From Candidatus Nomurabacteria bacterium (GTDB lineage Bacteria; Patescibacteriota; Minisyncoccia; Phycocordibacterales; UBA9973): a stretch of DNA of 64,000 bases. Under the pieces are notes generated by a model. It saw only the letters and a list, made by a program, of their open reading frames with translations. It made no database searches and was not told where the DNA came from. The number at the start of each line of letters is the position of its first letter. Positions within the stretch are counted from its first letter, which is position 1. Shown piece after piece: positions 56,858 through 64,000 of this stretch. The stretch covers positions 1,597 through 65,596 of the forward strand of contig JAIOPO010000004.1 of assembly GCA_021413905.1 (NCBI GenBank). The letters run 5' to 3'. Both the position numbers and the translations under genes were made by a program.

Positions 56858-58711
56858 TTACTTAACACACATTTTCATAGGTCCAGCACTTGTTATATTA
56901 TATGAAGTGCCAGAGCTACCAGTAGTTAAACCCATTGTAGCAACACCAACACCAAGATCTTGTACTGTAAAACCAGTAGGACAAGAACACCCAGCAGTAA
57001 AAGTGTTTGATTTTAAACAAGTTGAATTATCAAAACCAACAATATAAGAACCTCCAAAACCATAAGTAGCTCCCCGAATAGTTGAAGTAGATCCAGCAAT
57101 AACAACATTCCCAGAATTTGTTAAAACTCCAAAAGAGTCTATACCGCCAGTAAGATAAGATTTACCATTTACAGTTAAAGCATGACCAGAAACTGGTGTT
57201 GTGCCTATAGCAACATTTCCACTTCCATAAGTAATATCATTTCCTGACACAGTCCAAGATGGTGATGGTAATGTTTGCCAACTTGCTAAACCATTAGCAT
57301 CAGAAGTTAAAACTTTTCCAGCTCCAGGTGAACCACCAGAAATTTTTATTTTTCCATTTACATCTAGATTTGTTGCAGGAGTTGAAGTACCAATACCTAC
57401 ATATTTATTATTTGTATTATAAATACTTGTATTACCAGTCTCTGGATCTGTTGCAGAAGCCCAAGGTGAAGTTACAGTTCCACCACCAGTAGCTGGTGTC
57501 TGCCAACTTGCCAAACCATTAGCATCAGAAGTCAAAACTTTTCCAGCTCCAGGTGAACCACCAGCAACAGTAAGTTGCCCAGGAATTTTAAAATTAGCCG
57601 GACCATAGACATTGCCTGTCGCTGTCGGAGTATTACCAGTGCCTAATATAAAAGTTTTTTCATTTGGATACCAAGATATATTTCCATGCGCAACGCCAGA
57701 TCCTCCAAAAAATATTCCTTGACTAGCTGTACCAGCACCACCCGCTGTACCATTCAAATAAAAACCACCATTTGAATTTAAAGTATTCGCTACACCTAAA
57801 TCACCGTTTACAGACAAAGTATTTGTCGGTGTATTTGTACCAATTCCAACTTTTCCTGCTGTGTAAAAAATATCATTTGTGGAACCGATGCCTGTTCCAG
57901 CAGACCAATAAGAACTAGCAGTGGAAGCAGAACCTATATCAGTCCAAGCTGTTCCATTACAAAACTGCATTTTCATTGGCATCAGTAAATTATTATATCT
58001 TTGAGTACCAGCTAATGCTGTAGTACAAGGAGCATTTGTATTACCAATTTTTACAGTACCAGAAACATCAGCATTTCCATTTATTTTTAAACCGGTAGCA
58101 GTAATCAAACCATCTGAAGTAAGTCCCGCATCAAAAATCGCAGAAGTCATACTACGAAGACCTCCTAAAACAATATTTGCTGACTGTAAAAAAGTAGGAC
58201 CTGCAACAGTCAATCCATCAGAAATCTGAACATCACCACGAACATCAAGACGAGAGGTTGGAGAAGTTGTACCAATACCAACACTTCCATTATCTTGGAA
58301 AGTCATTATTGAGCCAGTTGTACCAGTATTAAAAGCACCGTTTACTGTTTCTTTTAATCTGCCTATATGAAATTTCCATCCTGTTTTATCACCAAAACGC
58401 AAATAACCAGCATTTGGTGAAGAATCACTTTTATTCAACATAAAAGAACCCAGAGATAGATTGTCAGAAGTAACAGTACCAGACGAAGTAATCCCTTGAT
58501 CAAAAATAGAAGGACCAAAAGATCTAAAACCATTTACCAAAACAGATCCTGGTTTATATTGAGTAGAAGTACTTACATTCAAAGGAGCTGAGACATTAGC
58601 ATTTGGAGGTGTTCCTGTTGGATTTTGCCATACAGCCAAAGCTTGAACAGAAAAAGCAATAGCCAAAATAACAAATGCTGATTTAAATATTGTTTTGTTT
58701 ATATAATTCAT
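56858..58711 (-). CDS. Secreted Gly/Thr/Ser/Asn-rich repeat protein with tail-fibre-like repeats
   Basis: Signal peptide; three VGIGT(T/N/S)xPxxxLxVxG repeats and a duplicated GGSPGAGKVLTSDANGLASWQT segment (~65-bp near-identical DNA repeats at ~57290 and ~57500). Confidence 0.5.
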   Translation of the reverse strand: MNYINKTIFKSAFVILAIAFSVQALAVWQNPTGTPPNANVSAPLNVSTSTQYKPGSVLVNGFRSFGPSIFDQGITSSGTVTSDNLSLGSFMLNKSDSSPNAGYLRFGDKTGWKFHIGRLKETVNGAFNTGTTGSIMTFQDNGSVGIGTTSPTSRLDVRGDVQISDGLTVAGPTFLQSANIVLGGLRSMTSAIFDAGLTSDGLITATGLKINGNADVSGTVKIGNTNAPCTTALAGTQRYNNLLMPMKMQFCNGTAWTDIGSASTASSYWSAGTGIGSTNDIFYTAGKVGIGTNTPTNTLSVNGDLGVANTLNSNGGFYLNGTAGGAGTASQGIFFGGSGVAHGNISWYPNEKTFILGTGNTPTATGNVYGPANFKIPGQLTVAGGSPGAGKVLTSDANGLASWQTPATGGGTVTSPWASATDPETGNTSIYNTNNKYVGIGTSTPATNLDVNGKIKISGGSPGAGKVLTSDANGLASWQTLPSPSWTVSGNDITYGSGNVAIGTTPVSGHALTVNGKSYLTGGIDSFGVLTNSGNVVIAGSTSTIRGATYGFGGSYIVGFDNSTCLKSNTFTAGCSCPTGFTVQDLGVGVATMGLTTGSSGTSYNITSAGPMKMCVK

Positions 58712-58762
58712 ATTTTTAATTTAATTAATAATTTATTCTAATAATTATAACATATATTACTT

Positions 58763-60061
58763 TTAATTCGCCGCGCCATCTGTTTTTATTTTGATATTTG
58801 GACTCAATCCTTGTCCTGGTTCAACATATTTTGGATCTCCAGGCTTTGGAGTAGTATCATTTGGATTTTTTATTCCACTAGATACAAATACCGGATTAGC
58901 ATCTATCTTAGAACCATCAACAGTATTAAAACAATACAAATCATATCTGGTAGGATTGTACAAGACATCAACTTTTTTTGAAGAAATAGAATCAGACAAA
59001 TTTCCATTCCAACCTTGTATAGTACTAGCATTGTTAGAACTGCTTGCCACACAACTTTTAATGGAAACATTTGAATTCCAATTCAAAGTGACAGTTGAAG
59101 GCAAAGAAGCTACAGAACCAGGAGTAGCATAAAATGTAATACTTGGAATATTTACACCGATTGAGACATTACTATTTGCTGTGGTGCCAGCAGTTAATCC
59201 ATCACAATTGATAGTATAAGTAATATTTTGAATCAAAGAAGAAGTCGTGAAAGTACCAGAAGGAGAAGGAACTTTTATTTTATCTGAATTCAAAGAATTA
59301 GCGATGACACATCCTTCTGCACTATTTACCAAATTCAAACCAGTCCAAGACAATGTAACTTTTGAATTTTTTGGAACAGAATATGAATTAGAACTCAAAC
59401 TAACAACAGGAACAGTAATAGGATCATAAGAAACACTATAAGGTATTTTTAAATCTGAAAAATTAATCCAACCAACAATATCAGAACCCCAAGCGTAACC
59501 ATTTATTTTTTTTGTTTCTTTATCAAAAGAAACTTTATAATCTTTACCATTAAGACTCACCCATCCATCCCAACCACCATTAGAAGTATTATTCCCAGCA
59601 AAACCTAAACAAGTATTTGTATTAGATGCAACAGAACAAAATCTTGCCCAACCTGTAACAATCCCAGTAGATAAATCAAGTTTTGCATTTTCTGATACAG
59701 TACCAGAGCCAATTGGAAAATCAGAGAGTCCTCCGAATTTCAACCAACCATAATTAGGAGACCAAGCATAACCGGAAATAATTCCAGTATCTGGGTTTAT
59801 ATTTACTCCATAAGAAGAACTTGCACAGGAATTATTGTCTTTACAATTAAAACTTAAAAAACCAACACCTCCAGTTTCTTCATTAGGAAAATCTTGAGTA
59901 TTATTATAAGGCAATAAATCCATCCAAGATCCACCCCAAGCATAACCGGAAACATTGTCTATATTACTAGAATTTACAAAACTAAAAAAACCCAAAAACA
60001 ATAAAAAGGAAGCAGTAATAAATACAGAAACCCACTTTTTTTTAAAATTATTTTTTTGCAT
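58763..60061 (-). CDS. Secreted protein with repeated GYAW(S/G)xxxGW(I/L)xF motifs and Ig-like C-terminal region
   Basis: Signal/TM at the N-terminus; motif repeated at least 3 times. Confidence 0.45.
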   Translation of the reverse strand: MQKNNFKKKWVSVFITASFLLFLGFFSFVNSSNIDNVSGYAWGGSWMDLLPYNNTQDFPNEETGGVGFLSFNCKDNNSCASSSYGVNINPDTGIISGYAWSPNYGWLKFGGLSDFPIGSGTVSENAKLDLSTGIVTGWARFCSVASNTNTCLGFAGNNTSNGGWDGWVSLNGKDYKVSFDKETKKINGYAWGSDIVGWINFSDLKIPYSVSYDPITVPVVSLSSNSYSVPKNSKVTLSWTGLNLVNSAEGCVIANSLNSDKIKVPSPSGTFTTSSLIQNITYTINCDGLTAGTTANSNVSIGVNIPSITFYATPGSVASLPSTVTLNWNSNVSIKSCVASSSNNASTIQGWNGNLSDSISSKKVDVLYNPTRYDLYCFNTVDGSKIDANPVFVSSGIKNPNDTTPKPGDPKYVEPGQGLSPNIKIKTDGAAN

Positions 60062-60063
60062 AT

Positions 60064-60390
60064 TTATTGTTTTTTAACAGAACCTAGTTCTTGTAATACT
60101 TTATCATTATCAATAGATTTTATTGATGGATTTGGAATAGAATTCAAATCTTTCAATATTTCTTCTGGATTTCTCATGTTATCGGAAGACTTATACTGCA
60201 TTAATTCTTTTGTAGCGGGATCTGTAATTTCAACATTTATATTTTGATTTAATTTTTGTGTATTTTTTGATTGAAAATATAAAAATCCAACAACCAACAA
60301 TACTAAAAAAATCAAAATAACTAAAAATAAAACTAAAGTTCTTTTAGACATATACAATATTATACAACTAAAGCATATTAATTGAAACAA
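60064..60390 (-). CDS. Small membrane-anchored hypothetical protein
   Basis: One TM helix; probable start at internal MSKRTLV. Confidence 0.35.
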   Translation of the reverse strand: MFQLICFSCIILYMSKRTLVLFLVILIFLVLLVVGFLYFQSKNTQKLNQNINVEITDPATKELMQYKSSDNMRNPEEILKDLNSIPNPSIKSIDNDKVLQELGSVKKQ

Positions 60391-60394
60391 AATT

Positions 60395-60468
60395 TTGACT
60401 CTTGTGTGGATAAACGAAGTATGATATACTGCATTTCAGTAGAGTCCTGCGAAACAGGGCTTTTTATA
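60395..60468 (+). promoter_or_regulatory. nusA promoter (TTGACT...TATGAT) followed by a leader hairpin plus U-tract (candidate attenuator)
   Basis: TTGACT at 60395-60400 and TATGAT at 60420-60425; GUCCUG-CGAAA-CAGGGC UUUUU at 60444-60465, ~30 nt before the nusA ATG. Confidence 0.4.
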
Positions 60469-60493
60469 TTAAAAAATTAAATAAAATAGACAT

Positions 60494-61681
60494 ATGTTGG
60501 ACATAAAAACATTTAAATCAGCATTAGAACAACTTGAACAAGAAAGAAAAATACCCAAAGAAAAGGTATTGGATGCTATTGAACAAGCCATGGCTGCAGC
60601 TTATAAAAAAGATTACGGCAAAAAAGGGCAAATAGTCCGTGCTAAATTTGATATGGAAACAGGTAAAACTGACTTTTTTCAAATTAAAATAGTTGTCGAT
60701 GACACAATAGTCCGAATGGAAGAAAAAAGCGAAGAAAATAATGAAGAATACACAAAAGACGAAGACGAACGTCCATATTTCAATGATGAACATCATATTT
60801 TACTTGAAGATGCTAGAAAAATTAAAAAGGATGTTGAATTAAACGATGAAGTAGTATTCCCTCTTGAACCAAAAGAAGATTATGGACGTATTGCGGCTCA
60901 AACAGCAAAACAAGTCATTATTCAAAGAATTAGAGAAGCTGAACGTACATCTATAATAGACGAATACGGCATAAAAGAAGGTCAAATCATCTCTGGTGTT
61001 GTTCAAAAAGTTGAAAGAGGTAATGTTTATATAGATTTTAACCGTGCAACAGGTATTTTACCCGCTGAAGAACAAATTCCTGGTGAATTTTTCCAAAGAG
61101 GACAACGTGTACGTGTTTACCTATATTCAGTAGAAGATACACCAAGAGGCATAAATCTTCGTCTTTCTCGTACACATCCTAAATTCTTGCAAGAATTATT
61201 TACTGTTGAAGCTCCTGAAATCGCAAGTGGAGTAGTAGAAATAAAGTCCATTGCCCGCGAAGCAGGATCACGTTCCAAAATCACAGTGCATTCAAATGAT
61301 TCTCACATAGACCCAGTTGGATCTTGTGTTGGACAAAAAGGTGCTCGTGTAAATACTGTTACAACAGAGCTCGGTGGTGAAAAAATCGATATTATTCCAT
61401 GGTCAGAAGACCCTAAAGAATTTATTACAAATTCTCTTTCTCCAGCGAAAGTTCTTTCTATTGAAGTTGATGAAAAAGAACACAAAGCTGTGGTAGAAGT
61501 AGCAAATGATCAATTATCCCTGGCTATCGGTAAAGGCGGACAAAATGTGCGTTTGGCAGCGAAACTCACAGGCTGGAGAATCGACATAAAGGGCGACGGC
61601 ACAGAAGTGGCAAAAACAGATGGAAATAAAGTTGAAATTGCAGAAGATATAGCTCCTTCAGTTGAAGAATCAATGGAATAA
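60494..61681 (+). CDS. nusA: Transcription termination/antitermination factor NusA
   Basis: N-terminal domain, S1 and two KH domains (GxxG motifs); an acidic insertion is present. Confidence 0.9.
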   Translation: MLDIKTFKSALEQLEQERKIPKEKVLDAIEQAMAAAYKKDYGKKGQIVRAKFDMETGKTDFFQIKIVVDDTIVRMEEKSEENNEEYTKDEDERPYFNDEHHILLEDARKIKKDVELNDEVVFPLEPKEDYGRIAAQTAKQVIIQRIREAERTSIIDEYGIKEGQIISGVVQKVERGNVYIDFNRATGILPAEEQIPGEFFQRGQRVRVYLYSVEDTPRGINLRLSRTHPKFLQELFTVEAPEIASGVVEIKSIAREAGSRSKITVHSNDSHIDPVGSCVGQKGARVNTVTTELGGEKIDIIPWSEDPKEFITNSLSPAKVLSIEVDEKEHKAVVEVANDQLSLAIGKGGQNVRLAAKLTGWRIDIKGDGTEVAKTDGNKVEIAEDIAPSVEESME

Positions 61682-61722
61682 TATATAATTAATATATTAA
61701 AAAATAAATAAAAAATAAAAAC

Positions 61723-62259
61723 ATGAATCTTTGGCACGACATAACAATAGGAAAAAATTCTCCGGAAGAATTCAATTGCATAATTGAAATTCCAAAAGGG
61801 TCACACAATAAATACGAGATAGACAAAGAAACCGGTTTGATAAAACTCGATAGAGCCAACTACGGACCGGCGGCGTATCCTTTTGACTACGGCTTTGTCC
61901 CTCAAACTCTCTGGGAAGACGGCGATGCGCTAGATGTGATTTTACTTTCCACATTTCCTGTGAATACAGGAGTCTTGGTAAATGCCCGTCCTGTGGCTCT
62001 TTTAGAAATGACAGATTCAGGTGAATCAGATTACAAGATAATCGCTGTGCCTGTGGAAGACAGAAGATGGGAAGATGTGAAAGACTTGGCAGATTTAAAC
62101 AATCATTCCCTGCGCGAATTCCAGAATTTCTTTGAAACTATAAAGCAATTAAAGGGCAAGCCTGCTGTAGTCGAAATACACGGGTATAAAGGAAAAGCTG
62201 AAGCTATAGAAGCCATAGAAAAAGCGCAAAAACTTTACTCTGAAAAGTTTGGTAAATAA
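61723..62259 (+). CDS. ppa: Inorganic pyrophosphatase (family I)
   Basis: DGDALDVI and the characteristic EIPKGS...KYE and YGFVPQT motifs. Confidence 0.92.
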   Translation: MNLWHDITIGKNSPEEFNCIIEIPKGSHNKYEIDKETGLIKLDRANYGPAAYPFDYGFVPQTLWEDGDALDVILLSTFPVNTGVLVNARPVALLEMTDSGESDYKIIAVPVEDRRWEDVKDLADLNNHSLREFQNFFETIKQLKGKPAVVEIHGYKGKAEAIEAIEKAQKLYSEKFGK

Positions 62260-62321
62260 AATATTAGGTATATAATATTAGCAGGTCTAATTATTATAAG
62301 TTTTTTAATGTGCAAAATTTT

Positions 62322-63023
62322 ATGAAAAAATATTTAGGATTGTTTATAGTTTTAATTATGACTTTTAGTTTAGCGAATATAGCAAAAGCGGAAGATGGAG
62401 CAAGTGAAAATTCAGATGATTCATTAAAAACAGGATTGCAACAAGAAAGACAAGATATGCGTGAAGGTATCAAAGAAAACAGATTAAAAATGCGCGCGCA
62501 AATTTTAGGTGACAAACAAGGTTTAAAAGAAGATTTAAAAAATGAAAGAGATACTTTTCATGATGACCTAAAATCAAAAATGGATGCATTTAAAATTGAA
62601 GTAGAGAAACAAAAATCTGATTTTAAAACAAATATAAAAACAAAAAGAAGTGAATTTAGAAAAAATGCCGAAGAAGTAAAAACAACAAAATTCACTGGAG
62701 CAATCACAAGTATTGAAGCAATACAAACAAAACTCTCAGAGAGAATTGCAAAAATGACAACAGATGGAAAGGATACAAAAACAGCAAAAGAATATCTTGA
62801 TGCTTCTGTTAAAGATTTAGCTGACGCAAAAATAAAAATAGCAGAAATAAAAATTCCTACTACTGACACAGCATTAACAGCTGATGATTTTGCTCAAATA
62901 AAAATCACAGTACGTGATGCGAGAAATCTATTAGAAAAAGCAAAAAATGATTTGCAAAATGCTATTAAAAGTCTAAAAACTGCAAACACTGCAAAAACAT
63001 CTGCAGAAAATACAAATCAATAA
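62322..63023 (+). CDS. Secreted coiled-coil hypothetical protein
   Basis: Signal peptide (MKKYLGLFIVLIMTFSLANIAKA) followed by a Lys/Glu-rich heptad-like sequence. Confidence 0.4.
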   Translation: MKKYLGLFIVLIMTFSLANIAKAEDGASENSDDSLKTGLQQERQDMREGIKENRLKMRAQILGDKQGLKEDLKNERDTFHDDLKSKMDAFKIEVEKQKSDFKTNIKTKRSEFRKNAEEVKTTKFTGAITSIEAIQTKLSERIAKMTTDGKDTKTAKEYLDASVKDLADAKIKIAEIKIPTTDTALTADDFAQIKITVRDARNLLEKAKNDLQNAIKSLKTANTAKTSAENTNQ

Positions 63024-63054
63024 ATTATTATCAACATTAATTAATAAAAAAATT

Positions 63055-63267
63055 ATGGAACAAAAATCAAATGGTGCATTAATAAGTTTGATAATTATAG
63101 TTGCTTTGCTTGTTATTGGTGGATTTTATTTATATCAAAATAAAATGAAAGAAAATGCAAAAACAAAAGAAATTCAAATTCAACAACAAGTACAACAAGA
63201 TGATTTGTCAGACATTGAGACAGATTTAAACAACACAGATCTAGAAAGTATAGATAAAAATCTGTAA
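63055..63267 (+). CDS. Small membrane-anchored hypothetical protein
   Basis: One TM helix then Gln-rich tail. Confidence 0.3.
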   Translation: MEQKSNGALISLIIIVALLVIGGFYLYQNKMKENAKTKEIQIQQQVQQDDLSDIETDLNNTDLESIDKNL

Positions 63268-63282
63268 AAATAAAAAATAAAA

Positions 63283-63313
63283 TTAAAATACACAGGATAT
63301 CCTGTGTATTTTA
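63283..63313 (+). terminator. Intrinsic terminator
   Basis: TACACAGGAT/ATCCTGTGTA perfect palindrome followed by TTTT. Confidence 0.7.
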
Positions 63314-63351
63314 ATTTTGACAAAATGAGTCAATAAATATAATATGGAAAT

Positions 63352-64000
63352 ATGAATATAAAAATAAACAAATTACCAAAAAGTGAAGTGGAAATAGACG
63401 GCGAACTAAATGCTGATATTTTTGAAAGTTATTACGAAAAAGCTTTAAAACACTTAGGTGAACACGTAGAAATAGATGGATTCAGAAAAGGAAAAGCACC
63501 AGAAAATGTGTTAATTTCTAAAATACCTGAAATAAAAATATTGGAAGAAATGGCGGAAATGGCATTAGGTGAACATTACCCAAAAATATTGGAAGAAAAC
63601 AAAATAGATGCTATTGGCAATCCTCAAATTTCTATCATCAAACTTGCTCGCAAAAACCCTTTGGCTTTTAAAATAAAGACAGCTGTAATACCGGAAATAA
63701 AACTCCCTGAATACAAAAAACTCGCAAAAAAAATAATGTCTGAAAAAAACGAAGGAGGGAAAGATCTTGAAGTTACAGATGAAGATGTTGAAAATACTAT
63801 TATGGATATCCGTAAATCTCGCGCACCAAAGAAACACATGACTGAAGCTCACACCCATGAAGACGGCACAGTACACACACCCACTGAAGAAGAAAAAAAT
63901 ACCGAACCAGAACTTCCTGAATTCAATGACGAATTTGTGCAAGCGCTTGGACCCTTTGAAAATGTAGAAGATTTTAAAATAAAACTTCGCGAAAATATAA
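63352..64000 (+). CDS. tig: Trigger factor (N-terminal part; continues beyond window end)
   Basis: MNIKINKLPKSEVEIDGEL... with the GFRKGKAP ribosome-binding signature. Confidence 0.8.
   Translation, partial: MNIKINKLPKSEVEIDGELNADIFESYYEKALKHLGEHVEIDGFRKGKAPENVLISKIPEIKILEEMAEMALGEHYPKILEENKIDAIGNPQISIIKLARKNPLAFKIKTAVIPEIKLPEYKKLAKKIMSEKNEGGKDLEVTDEDVENTIMDIRKSRAPKKHMTEAHTHEDGTVHTPTEEEKNTEPELPEFNDEFVQALGPFENVEDFKIKLRENI

Overview
The window is AT-rich and densely coded, mostly on the minus strand, and looks like a streamlined Patescibacteria/CPR-type genome. Several higher-GC islands stand out against the AT-rich background. Content, left to right: an efflux module (HlyD adaptor plus FtsX-like permease); rplJ-rplL with a structured leader; a cell-envelope glycan locus (priming sugar transferase, three GT4 glycosyltransferases, flippase, epimerase, O-antigen-ligase-like protein); a 1093-aa Thr/Ser/Gly-rich surface protein with a peptidoglycan-binding domain; ftsK, recA, efp, rpsF-ssb-rpsR, tatD, metG, an AI-2E transporter, an M16 peptidase, glyS, recO, ileS, argS, dut, tmk, glyA, a split comEC, a Fe/Mn superoxide dismutase, rnhA, recJ, a HIT protein, pgk, tpiA, two secreted repeat proteins, nusA, ppa and the start of tig. 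Main hunt results: (1) a complete diversity-generating retroelement at 52.2-54.7 kb, comprising a DGR-type reverse transcriptase, an Avd-like four-helix-bundle gene, a 110-bp template repeat, and a GC-rich target gene whose 3' variable repeat differs from the template at 20 positions, 19 of them template adenines; (2) a tRNA-dependent cyclodipeptide synthase whose start is 2 nt after the glyS stop, followed by an orphan Cas2-family ORF bracketed by two copies of a 20-bp palindrome; (3) two in-frame copies of a ~73-bp GC-rich element with terminal inverted repeats inside recJ; (4) an IleRS carrying a histidine-phosphatase (PGAM-like) domain inside its catalytic core. No rRNA, tRNA or CRISPR array was recognised by eye.
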